Source of the DNA: Bispira polyomma
Lineage: Eukaryota
NCBI GenBank assembly: GCA_965649765.1
Contig: OZ287759.1
Coordinates: forward strand, 30,442,001-30,506,000
Reading direction: 5' to 3'
DNA: 64,000 nucleotides
The notes under the pieces were generated by a model. The model saw only the letters and a program-made list of their open reading frames with translations, ran no database searches and had not been told where the DNA came from. Below, piece after piece: positions 12,301 to 24,790 of this stretch. The position numbers and the translations under genes are program-made. How positions within the stretch are numbered: the first letter of the stretch is position 1; each line of letters begins with the position of its first letter.

Positions 12301-13436
12301 ACCCCTAGCCTCTGTGATTTGGTGAATTTACATCACTTGGTCTACGTCCCTTTTACGCCTCTTACTTGGCCATTCTACAGCAGTTGTGGCGTAGTCTATT
12401 AAAATACACTACTTTTACATAAATTAAACAAAAAGCCGTCGGTAAAATATATAAAAATTTAAATTACCGACCAGCAGTAAAATACCTTCGCGTTTATTTT
12501 ACCGACAATTGTAAATAATAACCTCTTCGAAAATAATATGCGCCAAAATTAATATTGGAAAAAGACATACTACTTCATGGCTAGAATTATAAAATCTTAC
12601 AGAATACTATATTTTGAACAAAATTTCTAACTACGTTTTAGACGTTGAAATATATGCGAGTCACCCGACCGTTATTATTATAACAAATAGAAAACTTGAT
12701 AAAAAACAAAATGAAAAAACAATTGTCATACAATATCCTGATTTTTTAAGATTGTGAAAAGACTTGTAACACTTAATTATAACAATTCAGAAGATGCCCT
12801 AAAAGAGAAATCAATACTGATTCAGGTCATAAATCTGCCACCTATGCAAGTAGTCCCGACCAATAAATCAGTTATTATAAGATTCGGGTCTCCGATTTCT
12901 AAACAATTAGTAAAGATTGTGGTCCCCGATTCATTGGAATTCCTACAATAGCAATTTTTAAAATAATAGCTACTTGTTTTAAATGATAGTAAAAACATAA
13001 GTTTTTATAATTACTTTTATATCGGGGACATTATTACATAGGTTATCATTCATTTATTGATATACTTCATTTTGCGCAGTTTTTGGATGTGGTAATAGAG
13101 ACTTTTTCGCACACCGTTTATACTACCGCACGTAGAGTTATCACCACGCACATAGTTTGAAGTTATGGTAGTGTAAAATGTTAAAAATGCTTTTTTAACG
13201 TGAAGGGATCCCTTAAGCTATCCTTAGTGTCAGGAGTGAAAAATTGTAAATGATAATATTATGATATTATTATATTTACAGAGTATGAACGTCAGTCCTG
13301 ACGGCCCCAAGCCATATTGGCCAGACCTTGAGTGCATATATCCCAGTATTACCCTCACAAACAGCTTATATTCTGTTTATTTTACCAAAGCAATTATATC
13401 ATTTACACAAAATGTTTTTAGTAAACGTATAGGTAA

Positions 13437-15016
13437 AGCTGCTGTCACACTATCAAGAGGAGACCCCGATAATGCAGTCAGGAGCAATTTTAAGCTTTTT
13501 GTCCCGATTTTGAAAAAAAAAGGCGGGAAATTTTACGCTCTATGACTATAATCGTAATGGTTCTCGAGTAGGATGATAGGTCGGACAGTAAGGCCCAATA
13601 GATCGGGACAGATTGGAAATTTTGCTCTTTCGAACCAAAAATATCCTACCGATTGACCAAGATAGGTCGTTACAACTAGTTACGACCATAAACATAAGTC
13701 ATTGTTGTCCCCAATAGGTCAGTACCTCGCTCCGAATAGGTCGGTGCCTCGATCCCAATTACTTGCTACCTCGAAGACATATAGTTCTTGCAAATTTGCA
13801 ATTGGAAGACGTACAGGACCACACGATTCGCCTCCATAAACTATATATAGGGGAGAGCACACAAAATCCAGACAGTTTGTATTGAGAAATCAACTGCGTA
13901 ACATGATACCACAAAAGATTATAGATATTGCCCTAATTCTACAAGCTTTGTTAGCATTTATGCAGATTTCTGCTGCCACCCCAGAGAACTGGAAGAATGA
14001 TCGCAGCTGTATACAGAGACACCTGAAATGTCCCTAATGCCCTGGGGGCCATAGATGGCAAACACATAGCAATGAGATGTCCAAGAAAGGGGGGAGTGAG
14101 TTCTCCAACTACAACAGATTCCACTCCATCGTTATGCTGGCCCTGGTGGATGCTGAGTACCGCTTCATGTGGGTGGACCTGGGTTCCAGTGGCTCCTGAT
14201 CTGATTCACAGATTTTCAACCTATCTGAATTGAAAGAAAAGATTGAGGACCAGTCTATCAACTTCCCCCCACCTGAACTCATAAGCCCTGGTAGGCCCCC
14301 CAACCCCTACTTCATCATGGGAGACGACGCATTTGCCTTAAAGACCTGGATGATGAAACCCTTCTCCAGACGAGGGACCCCAGTCAACGGATGTTTAACT
14401 ACAAGTTATCCTACGATAACTCATAATGCTCCTGACTAATCTGGAGGGTGCTCCTGACCAATCGAAGGGGATTAGACGATTAATCTTTTTCCAAATGGCA
14501 AACTTTACTCTCCATTTAGATGTCGATCGAAAAGATAGGTCGTTATAAGGTTAAGATAACTCGTTAGCAGCTTACGATTGAAGCCTATCTTTACAGTCTG
14601 GGCTTCCTAACGACTTATCCTCCGCTTCTCCCGAGTTATCTTTATATTCCGGAACTTGATAACGACTTATCTTTACAGTCGGGGGTTCTTTGCGATTTTT
14701 CAGGAGGGATTGGACGATTAATCCTTTTCAAAATGGCTAATTTTTTCTCCTAATTTCGATCGGAAAGATAGGTCGTTATAAGGTTAAGATAACTCATTAG
14801 CAGCTTATGATTGTCCCCGATCAACCCCGATCAATCGGCAGCAGTTCATCAACTCGCAGAGGTTTTCTAAAATGTTAGTTATTTTGCACGAGTGACTGCG
14901 AGTGTCCAGATTGACTACGATAAGTCGGGACAACTTCCCCAGTGTCCAAATTGTTCACCCGATTTGCTCCCAATTGTAAAATAGGGAGCTAAGATCGGGA
15001 TAGTGAGACAGCCACT
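13437..15016 (+). mobile_element. Deleted PIF/Harbinger DNA transposon
   Basis: Imperfect TIR agctgctgtcacactatc / gatagtgagacagccact with TAA on both sides. Contains a transposase relic and subterminal repeats (14456-14580 vs 14705-14812). Confidence 0.75.
13960..14400 (+). pseudogene. Harbinger (HARBI1-like) DDE transposase fragment
   Basis: PNALGAIDGKHIAMRCP..GSEFSNYNRFHSIVMLALVDAEYRFMWVDLGSSGS*SDSQIF...YFIMGDDAFALKTWMMKPF, with an internal stop and frameshifts. Confidence 0.92.
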
Positions 15017-15765
15017 TAAACAAAATTGCCGCCAATAGTGCTCACTAAACTTTGTAAGTGATATGACCCGCTGTAGTGATATGGGCCCCGAATCCCAGGT
15101 CATATCCGGTTTTATGTTATGTTATGTCACGTGATCGCATTTTAACCAATAGGATCGCTTGATTCGCCACCGAGTTATAATAAAATATGATATACTGGCT
15201 ACAAAATAAAACAAACAAAATGCAAATCTACCACCCAGTGATATAACAACTAATTCTTTTAAAAAAAAAACTTCAGAGTTTTCAACTGTTCACCACGTAA
15301 TTGAGGAGATCACCTGGTTGTGGACATTATGGTCCACATTTGTATGTGGTTTGATTGTTTACTTACATTTAGATTGATAAAAAACGTTGTATGAAAGTCT
15401 CTAATATTTATGGACCCAACGTTGAACTTTAATTGATGTAACTTATCTATAGATTTGCTGCAATAGTTTTGTTAGGCCAACATAGTATTTGGTTGTCATA
15501 GCCGAAAGTATGTACTTTGCAAATGTATTGTGCCTGCATTGTGCCTTTCCTATTTTCAAGAAAAGTATTTACAAAAAGGCACACTATGATGTTTATTATG
15601 AGTGGTATTTACAAATTCAAAGGAGAAATGAGAAGCAGTTTACACTGGTCATCAGGGAGGTACACTAATGATCGTTATTATTTATTAAATCTTTATATTA
15701 TTTTACATGTCAGGGACAGCGATTATACTGGTGATTGGGGACCCAATCGTTAGTACACTATTAAG

Positions 15766-16258
15766 ACCCCAGTTCCACCGGATTTACGTTAGTCTATGTT
15801 TACCACGCAAGGCTGACGCAAATATTTGATGCAAAAGTCCACGGAGAAGTACATTTATATATTTTTATTACGTCAAAGGTGTGAACTGATGCAGAGATCG
15901 TATTTGTACCTCAATACCTGCAAAGACATGCAAATTTACATAAAACAACTTACATTGACCCGTTAATATAGGTAATACAAAGTCAATTCCTATGCATTCT
16001 CACGTTGTATTACGTGTACTACGTTAACACTCATTTGGCTACGTCAAACCATGTTTTAGGAATAGATGTATGCAAGTCACCGTTTTTTGTTAGGTTGCTT
16101 GCCACATCAATCTTATGTGGTTTGAGTGACCAAATTTCAAGGTTACGCCAGGTTATGTATGTTTATGTATGTTTTGTCAGCTCCCGCAAATACCACGCAA
16201 AACCTACGCAAATTAATTTTCAAACGACTCCTAACGTGACGACCGGTGGGACTGGGGT
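15766..16258. mobile_element. Harbinger-like MITE
   Basis: TIR accccagttccaccgg / ccggtgggactggggt with subterminal tacg-rich repeats. Confidence 0.7.
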
Positions 16259-17005
16259 AGAATTCAGATGAAGTTATTGACGACCTTATATTCAGTTTAC
16301 TTACGTATATATATAAAAGTTGTAAATTTAGGTAAGTATTTTGTTACATCATAGTTCCTAATTTTTTTTAAAAACTCAGAGTCTTCTTTTCTTCAGTGAA
16401 AACATTGATTATGGGGTCTATATGTTCAAAGACAGTGTGTTTATAGTATGGTGAAGTATAGGTTATTTCCACGAATAAGGATGTCCAACATGTACATGTC
16501 TTACCTTTACATTGTAGCACTATTTATCATTTACATATCTTACCTTTACACTGAAGGACTATTTATCATTCATTTACTATTACAAGGTTCATATTTTCTT
16601 TAAAAATGGAAGAAAACAACTGTGTTTTGATCGGTAATGGCTACGCCTAGTGAAATCTCCATTATTCGAACTTCTGTTTTCCAAATGTTCAATTTTCTGA
16701 ACCTAATAACACTCTTATAAATTCATGCTTTTCCTGTTGTTTTATACAGAAGCACCTCTTCTATTTTATAGACCTTTTATTATCCTAATAAAATATTGCT
16801 CGGCCAACATATTCAGATAATAAGAGGTTCTGCTCTACCTGTATATCAGTGTCTGGGTTTCGCATATTAATCTTAAAATAAATATTTACAAACTATAATA
16901 CATCTAAATAAATTATTTTGTAGGTGGCATCCACTGAAATAGGAACTTGAAGACTCCAGGATATTTGTAGCTAATTTAAAGCCTTAGAGAGCAGCCACTT
17001 GTAAT

Positions 17006-17649
17006 ATGGCAAGAACAGGTGGTTACTGGCGTGAGGCAGCAACAATTGTCATAGCTGCAAAGGTAACACCTGCAAAATCTGTGTCCAATGAATCTGTGAC
17101 AGAATCAACAAAAGGACAGAGACCTTTGATTCCATTTGACTACCAGGTATTAATGTTAAAGAGAAGTAAGAAAAATGCCTTCTTGCCTGAGAATTATGTG
17201 TTTCCTGGTGGAGCCGTATCGGGTGCAGACTTTGACTCTGCTTGGATCCAGCTTTTTGAACAGTTCACAAGAGATTCAATATCAAACACTGCAGAGAGGT
17301 TTAAAATGCATAAAGAAGTACCACTCCTATTCACCGACCGGCCCATAAGTGCTCTTCCAGCAGAAATAGCCTTCAGAATCTGTGCATTGCGTGAATGTTT
17401 TGAAGAATGTGGCATATTGCTAGTAAGAAGTTTGAAGCACAAAGAGGCGACAACAACTAGAGTTTTGACATCCTCTGATTTAAACAGTGGCACATGGCGT
17501 AAGAGGGTCCATGGTGATGCAATACAGTTCCTCAGGTTATGTGAAGAACATAATCTAGTACCTGACATCTGGTGCCTGTATGAGTGGTGTAATTGGCTAA
17601 CACCCCACATGGGACCCAGAGTATCTGAGCCACCTAAAAGACCACGTAG
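17006..17649 (+). CDS. NUDT19: NUDT19 (acyl-CoA diphosphatase, Nudix hydrolase 19), coding exon 1
   Basis: WREAATIVIAA, the CoA-type motif LMLKRSKKNAFLPENYVFPGG, a split Nudix box (GG..SGAD...AFRICALRECFEECGILL) and WCNWLTP. In-frame TAG at 16985 precedes the ATG. Upstream acceptor ttttgtAG at 16923, donor AG|GTGGGT at 17649/17650. Confidence 0.93.
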
Positions 17650-18377
17650 GTGGGTTGTTGTGTGTGCTTCATATTTTGCCCTTGTAGTTTAGTTTCAGTT
17701 CAGGAAATCATGTATTTGTATTCAGATTTATACTTGCCACATATATCTACCTTAATCTGGTATTTAGAGTGCTAATTAACCCTTTCATGACTATAACAGC
17801 CAACTGTATCAGTTACTGTCATTCCCCTAAGTCAAGAGAGATGCTTGAGGCAATTGCACCAGGTGATGCCTGGTTATTAATTGTCTATTCATAGAATTCA
17901 GTCCATAGAATTTAATAAAAGAAACATTTTTTCATTCTTTTTCTGAGGATCAAATAAAGAGAATGTTTTAATTTTGGTCATTGTGTTTATGAGTTAGTTT
18001 TTAAGACAAGAATGAAATTTGTTTGTCTGAGGTAGTTAACTGTGCATTAGTTTTAGTCAGTTTTGTTTTAATTCAGATTGAGATCTCAGCTCCCTTTTTC
18101 AATGCAGTATCAACAGGTATTTATTATTTGGAGCTACAGTACAATAGACCAGTATCATTAAACAGGACCAGGAATAAGTGTTCACTATATAGAGGTGTTC
18201 ACTGTTCTAAGGTGTTTAATATCGGAGATTTCACTGTATTTAAAAAAGAGGTGCAGCTGTTTTATCAGTGATTTTAAGCCTAAATCCCTTTGTATGTAAT
18301 TCTGTTTTGAATTTAGAATGTTAGGTAGATTTGAAGTGTGTGACTTGTGTTGGTACTCTTGTGTTTTTTCTGTTTAG

Positions 18378-18459
18378 GTTTGATACTATTTTCTATGTTT
18401 GTTGCCTCGACCATCAGCCAGAGGCTAGAGTGGACAACAGAGAAACCACCACTGCACAG
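18378..18459 (+). CDS. NUDT19: NUDT19 coding exon 2
   Basis: tttctgtttAG| (R)FDTIFYVCCLDHQPEARVDNRETTTAQ |GTAACT. Contains the conserved RFDT motif; phases 2 to 0 are consistent. Confidence 0.92.
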
Positions 18460-19063
18460 GTAACTCACTGAAGTTCTGGTGAAACCTAGATGTTTAGGTT
18501 TCAATATATATAAACATTGTATTGGTTTGTAATTTGTATTTTAATATGATTCTAGGTATCTATCCACCCTGTATTTCATATTCAAAGTGCTAAGTAGACT
18601 TTTCTTTACTGCCTGAGTACAGCCAAGTGAGCCAACCAGCACAAGTTACTGTCATTATATAAACCAAAGAGAGAGGCTTGAGGATGATCATTTATCAGTA
18701 TCTCCAAGGTTCTTTAACCTGCCACTGGGGATAGCACTGAATTACAGAGGACCGCCATTTTAGGTGATCATCCACACTTATGTTCTCTGGGTAAATATGG
18801 GCGAGAAAGGTGCTTCTTTGCAGCTAGTCATGTTAAGGTAATGTACTACCCTCGGCTCTCCTGGGAAAAATTTTACACCTAGGCTCCTGAAGTTTGGATA
18901 TTGCCTAAAACACTGAAAACAGTATCCAAGGATCACATGAATGGCACATGAACCCCCCTTAGAAAGGGAAGCTTACCAAGAATCTAAATTATTTAGCCTA
19001 CTTCTGAAGAATGAAATCTTTTAAAGTCTAACTTATCTCACTAATGTCAGTCACTGTACTATA

Positions 19064-19260
19064 TAGTGTAGAACCTCTTATATCGAAATGTCATTGGAGA
19101 GCAAATTTTGTTTGGATAATAGATTTAATTTTGTGATTTGAATTTTGGCATTTCTGTATGGAAAACCAGAGAAAAACATATATTTTAGGTGAGTGAAAAT
19201 GAGTTTATGATATTGAAATATTTAAATAACGAAAGCTTGGATAATAGAGGTTTTACTGTA
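19064..19260. mobile_element. Tigger/pogo-like MITE in a NUDT19 intron
   Basis: tagtgtagaacctcttatatc ... gataatagaggttttactgta inverted ends with TA. A similar smaller element lies at 18136-18238. Confidence 0.6.
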
Positions 19261-19273
19261 TGTCTTCTTCTAG

Positions 19274-19481
19274 TGGCAGAACCCAGGTCACCTGTTAGAC
19301 CTGAACTATAGAGGCAAGATACAAATGATCAGCCCTCAGGTGTTAGAACTGTCACGTTTTTGTAACTTCTCAAAAGTGGCAGACTTAAGTGACTTTGCAA
19401 GAAAACGCGAGGTGTATGGGGTTCAGAGGTGGATGCCAGTGCCAGCTGTATGTGAAGATGGTGTTGTTATATTACTGCCGG
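19274..19481 (+). CDS. NUDT19: NUDT19 coding exon 3
   Basis: ttcttctAG| WQNPGHLLDLNYRGKIQMISPQVLELSRFCNFSKVADLSDFARKREVYGVQRWMPVPAVCEDGVVILLPG |GTAAGT; phases 0 to 1. Confidence 0.92.
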
Positions 19482-19740
19482 GTAAGTGCTCAAACAAGTG
19501 AATTCTTTTCACTTACTTTAGTAACTAAGTGTTATCTTTTCACTGGACAAAGTTTTTTAAATATAGATTTGGTACTTTCTTAAAAAATCCACTTACTAGT
19601 GTTACCAAAAAAATTCTTGTACTGTACACTGCTTATCTTCTGAATGGGAACCAGTGTATATCGAAGTAAGTAAAATGCTATTGTCAAAACTCCATTCTAC
19701 TTAAGTTTCACTTAAACTTGTAAGGTTATCTTAACTTCAG

Positions 19741-19982
19741 GGCCGGTATTCTCGAACGTATACTCAGCTTAAACTCATACTCAACTCAAATATAGACCAT
19801 GTGGAAATCATTATACATGGAAATAACCTATACTTGTGACCATTCATTTTAATAGAGCTTTTAACCCTGAATTCAAATATCAAGTCAGATTTTAGATATA
19901 TTTACCGTATCTAGAGATATAGAGATTCCAGATTTGAGTTGAGTATGAGTTTAAGCTGAGTATATGTTCGAGAATACCAGCC
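19741..19982. mobile_element. Harbinger-type MITE; best-preserved member of a local family
   Basis: ~50-bp TIR ggccggtattctcgaacgtatactcagcttaaactcatactcaactcaaat, flanked by CAG on both sides. Diverged copies at ~25920-26130, ~32985-33192, ~40040-40200, ~41845-42068 and ~44318-44537. Confidence 0.85.
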
Positions 19983-20242
19983 CAGTTTTCAAAAAACTTT
20001 AAATTTAATTTAAAGTTGCCGTAGTGTCAATTTTCGTCGTAACTTAAATCTAATTTGTGGTAAACTTAAAATACTATAGAAATAAAGTGTATACATATAT
20101 CCTAACTGCTAGTATCAATTCATGGTCAAAACTCCAATTCATGAATTCAAATAAGCAAGGTCAAAATTCTTCAGGCTTGGTATGAAGCACTGTAACTTAC
20201 AAATTTTCTTATAAAGTTCCCTGGCTGTTTTTTCTTTTTCAG

Positions 20243-20454
20243 GAGACGGACTGTATCCAGAACATCCAGATTATGAAGGGAGAGCATCTCCCATCTCTTT
20301 AGACTACACAGTGGCTTCCTCTGGAACAGTAACCCCTCACTTGAACAGATTACAAATTGGTCGCCGCATGGAAACAGTCTTGTGTACCATACCTCAGCCG
20401 TGTGGATATGTAGCTCCTGTACAAGATATATACTTGGACAGCTCAAATTTATAG
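20243..20454 (+). CDS. NUDT19: NUDT19 last coding exon
   Basis: ttctttttcAG| (G)DGLYPEHPDYEGRASPISLDYTVASSGTVTPHLNRLQIGRRMETVLCTIPQPCGYVAPVQDIYLDSSNL*. The conserved LPGDxLY motif spans the junction. Total protein is about 381 aa. Confidence 0.9.
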
Positions 20455-20468
20455 AGAAAATATACCTC

Positions 20469-20785
20469 GGGCCAATATTCACAAATATTCTTGTTCTTAG
20501 AATTACAGTTATTCTTAGAATTTTTGTTACACAAAGAATTTCTAAAAGTAACAATTTTCAAATTAGTTTCATTCATATTGTCAGATTTATTTTAATAAAA
20601 AGCTTGAATGAGGCTGAAATCTAAGAATTGGACAAAAATTGGAAACTTTGTAGTTAGTAATTCTTTTAAATAAATCTAAGATTAAAAAAGCGACAAATAT
20701 GAAACTTTTTATTCTTAGAAAACTCTCGGATGAAGACAAATTCTAAGAATAAGAGTAATTTTAAGAATAGGAATCTTTGCAAATA
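20469..20785. mobile_element. Harbinger-like MITE immediately after the NUDT19 stop codon
   Basis: gggccaatattcacaaatattcttgttcttagaattacagttattcttagaattt is the inverted match of aaattctaagaataagagtaattttaagaataggaatctttgcaaata. Confidence 0.75.
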
Positions 20786-21126
20786 CATAAAGTATATAAT
20801 ATAAAGATGCATTCCCGTGATATTTTAAAGTGGTTTACGTTGGAGCTGCGTCGATTAGTGATTACATTATGAATCTGGGGATTGTGACTCAATTATGCAT
20901 AGTTTACTCTCCAATAAGGATTAGTTTTAGTATGCGCTCAACGGTGCCTTGTCACATAGAAAAATTTAAACAGCTGATGGATTCATTTTATATTTAGATG
21001 CAAAATGGTACAATGGGGATTTATTCAGTATCACATATTTATTTATTAGAAGATGGTTTTTTGATCCATCTTTCGTGATGTATCTTTGTGTATAAGAAAT
21101 ATATTAACCTCCCCGCCAGTTAGGTG

Positions 21127-23229
21127 CAGTGTTCGACTTTAGCGCCGACCCGGCGGTCCAAGGCCGACAAAATTGTTGTAGGGTCGAAAACTATTTCACT
21201 TCATCAGTCCGGCTGTCCAGCAACAATAGATAGGAACTCATGCTCGCGAACATAAAAGCTACTCGCCCACGCTAGCGAGTACCAGAAATCGCTTCAAAAT
21301 ATATAAAATAAGGTATTTTAACCAATAAATACCCAGATTTTGTAGCTTTCTTCAATAATTTGACGAAAACGTGTGATCCGCCATCTTCTTTGTTTACAAA
21401 GTTACCACATCCGGGTCGTTTAGGGTCTCGCTAAACGTATAAACTTCAGCGAAAATTCTAACGTTCTTGTACAATTCACACCGGATTTCGTACAAAACAC
21501 ATTAGTTTTTGAACTTTTCACACTACTTTAGTACAATAAACCTCTTGTGTTTCTGTTTTGGTTTGGCGACATACATGTTTAAGAGGTAAAATTGTGTATA
21601 CTATAGTAGTACATTCATACTAGCTCCATATATTTAGTAGGGATGTGGAAGTATTTGAAAGGGGTAAGTGACCCATATAAGAAGAAAAAGATCCCAGAAA
21701 GTTTTAAAGATAAAAAAGAATAAGGGTGTTTTTGATAAACTGGCAAAGTAGGAGCCCATGGCTCAAAGAAACAGAAGGGGATCTTTTGTACATGGTGCAT
21801 TAAAGACAAGAATAACCCTGAAATGACATCTAAAAAGTTTATCGATGGTTTTACTTTATACAAATCAAAATCAATTGCATTCCATGAATCCAGAATCCGC
21901 CCTGTCAATGTGGCTTTTGGCGGCCCACAGAAACAATATTCTGACAAACTTAGAATTTTGTTTAAAAATGCACAAGCTTTAGCAAATTTAGAGATTTTTC
22001 CTAGATCTGTAACCTACACCAAGCGAATGGTGTGACAGTTGGCACGTACAGAAATATTAGGGCATGCCAAACTTTTGTCAAGTATATTGCTGTTGCAGCT
22101 CGCGATAAACTTAAAGAAAATTTAAAGTTAAATTTTAGTGTTCCTTCGGACGGGTCTACAGACTCCAGCATAAAAAAAACAGGAGATTATGTTTTTTCAT
22201 TTTGTGAATGGGAACTGTCATAGTAGGACTGACAGCCATTGAAGATATCAGCTTCAGTCGTTTGGAGATGGAAGATTTCTGTAACCATGTTAAAGCTTTG
22301 GGCAGAAATTTTCCCTCTAGCCGTGTTAGTGGAAGTTGCAAACACTGGAGATTGATATACCTCATCTAATTTAGCCTTAGCCACCTGTGTACCGTTCTTA
22401 CAAGACTTCTTAGAAGACTTTTTGTTATCATTATTGACCCTAGCGTCCATTCAACTAGTCAGAGATCTCATCCTAAGGGTGCCATTGACTGATGTCGGGA
22501 GAGAGGACTCATTGGAGTCGTGATCAAACTATATCTTCTTACAGAATGACTTATCCTGACAAATCTTTAACTGATCAACTGAGAAACTCTTAAAAATACT
22601 GCACTCCTGTTCGTTCTTCAGTAAGCAAGTATCTAGGCCTCTTGATGCAGCCCTACTCACAGGGCAGGAATGGTGAGAATCCCAGCTCAGCAAAAAACAT
22701 TCTGCAAGTAAGACATTTCCTCATCTTACAAACTCTCATTATCCTCCTTCATATTTAACAAATTTGAAGTAAAAATGACAGAAAAACACCAAAATCGGAT
22801 GAAATAAATAAATTCCCGAAAAAATATGTGCCCGTTTGGCGGTCAATTTTGTAATGAAGGGAAGGGGCGGAAGCCAGTTTGGTGCTCAGACACCTGACCT
22901 GTAAAGTGGTGTCTGCTTACGTAGTGTCGTGATTTTTTGTTTTAACCGAGCCGACTCCCAGCGGAGTCAAATATAGTAATTGTTAGAAATAAATAGGTAT
23001 ATTTTACGCAATAAAAACCACACTTCACTTAACCAAAGGGCAAAATCATTGCTTTATTTATAAATTGATAATTTATTATACTATCATCCATGGTCTCTTC
23101 TGAACAGTCACTGTAAGAAACGGTCAGATTATTATTTACTGGGCTGACAACTTTTGTGTCGGGCCTGAAACTTTTGGGACTTGTAGGTCCTGCAGGCCTG
23201 CAAGATTTATAGCTAAGTGGAGAACACTG
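21127..23229 (+). mobile_element. hAT transposon relic with a ZNF862-like transposase fragment
   Basis: TIR cagtgttc...gaacactg with exact 8-bp TSD gttaggtg. Decayed coding ~21640-22340: W..RSPWL, HES, GTYRNIRACQTFVKYIA..RDKLKENL..FSVPSDGSTDSS. Confidence 0.88.
22345..22724 (-). pseudogene. DIRS-like gag N-terminal Cys/His-rich fragment inside the hAT relic
   Basis: Allowing one extra T in a T-run: MRKCLTCRMFLLSWDSHHSCPV(S)RAASRGLDTCLLKNEQECSI(F)KSFSVDQL. The bracketed codons AGT and TTT are each one substitution from Cys, giving a CxxC..DxH..CxxC..C..CxxC pattern. Confidence 0.5.
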
Positions 23230-24090
23230 GTTAGGTGTATGGGTTGTATTTTTCTGTGTGTATGGCTGGGTGTATGACTAGGTGTATGGCTGGGTGTATG
23301 ACTAGGTGTATGGCTAGGTGATTGGCTAGGTGTATTGCTAGGTGATTGGCTAAGTGTATGACTAGGTGTATGGAAAAGTGTATGACTAGGTGTATGGCTA
23401 GGTGTTTGGCTAGGTGTATTGCCAGGTGATTGGCTAGGTTATTACCTAAGTGTATGAATGGGTGTATGGCTAGGTGTATGATTAGGTGTATTGCTAGGTG
23501 TATGACTAGGTGTATGGCAAGGTATATGACTAGGTGTATGGCTAGGTGTATGACTAGGTGTATGGCCAGGTTTCTGGCTAGATGTATTGCTAGGTGTATG
23601 GCCAGGTGATTGGCTAAGTGTATTGCTAGGTGATTGACTAGGTATATTGCTGAGTGTATGGCTACATTGGCTAGGTGTGTGGCTAGGTGTATTGTTAGGT
23701 TTATGACTAGGTGTATTGCTAGGTGTATTGCTAGGTGTATGGCTAGGTTTATGACTAGGTGTATTGCTAGGTGTATGACTAGGTGTATGGCAAGGTGTAT
23801 GACTAGGTGTATGGCTAGGTGTATGACTAGGTGTATGGCTAGGTTTATGATTAGGTGTATTGCTAGGTGTATGGCCAGGTGATTGGCTAAGTGTATTGCT
23901 AGGTGATTGACTAGGTATATTGCTAAGTGTATGGCTACATTGGCTAGGTGTATTGCTAGGTGTATTGCTAGGTTTATGACTAGGTGTATTGCTAGGTGTA
24001 TGGCTAGGTGTATGTCTAGGTGTATGACTAGGTGTATGACTAGATGTATGACTAGGTGTATGGGTTGTATTTGTGTGTGTTTGACTACAT
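23230..24090. repeat. 12-bp minisatellite (gctaggtgtatg / actaggtgtatg variants)
   Basis: Direct tandem array. It accounts for the spurious MARC/MTRC ORFs. Confidence 0.97.
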
Positions 24091-24432
24091 AGTTTTGTTT
24101 CTAACTAAAAGCTGTGTTTAAATCAGTGGTAAAACATCTAGGTCATTCCTATTAATATGGAAATATTTAGTTGTATCATCCACTGCATAAAGTGCATACT
24201 GGCTTATATGCAGTTAATGAGAGATGTTCTTTGTTAATGCTATAATATCTTGGCCCTGCTAAACTTTGGCCTCGTTTTGAAAACAAGATGACCACCTCGA
24301 CAACTTCTTTAACAATGATTTTATATTATTTGCAGAAAAGCTGTTACAGGTATCTTTACCAAATTTGGTATACAGATTACCAATATGTAGATGTTCATCA
24401 AAGTAAACTTTGGCATCCTTCTGAAAGCAAAA

Positions 24433-24790
24433 TGGCCACCACAGTGGAATTAAAGCTTTTTCACCTTATTGCTCTGAAAGCAGTTATGATATCTTGCTAC
24501 GGTGGTACATTCACCTCATGTTACAAGACAAGATGTTACAGATATCTCAACAAAATACAGGGGCCGCTTTGGCCTAGTGGTTGGCAAGCATTGCGCTTCA
24601 CAATCATCGGCCACTACAGTGGAATTAAAGCTTTTTCACATTTTTGCTCTGAAAGCAGTTATGATATCTTGCTACTGTGGTACATTCACCTCATGTCACA
24701 AGACAAGATGTTACAGATCTCTCAACCAAATACAGGGGCCGCATTAGCCTAGTGGTTAGCAAGCATTGTGCTTCACAATCATCGGTCTCT
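24433..24790 (+). repeat. ~176-bp tandem duplication covering flank plus SINE 5' head
   Basis: ggccac(c/t)acagtggaattaaagctttttcac...aaatacaggggccgc...cttcacaatcatcgg occurs twice. Confidence 0.9.

Noticed and set aside
17650-17692. C-terminal tail of the 228-aa ORF
   Set aside because: Intron read-through; the conserved RFDT motif continues in exon 18378.
23634-24092. Cys/Arg/Met-rich ORFs
   Set aside because: Products of the 12-bp minisatellite.
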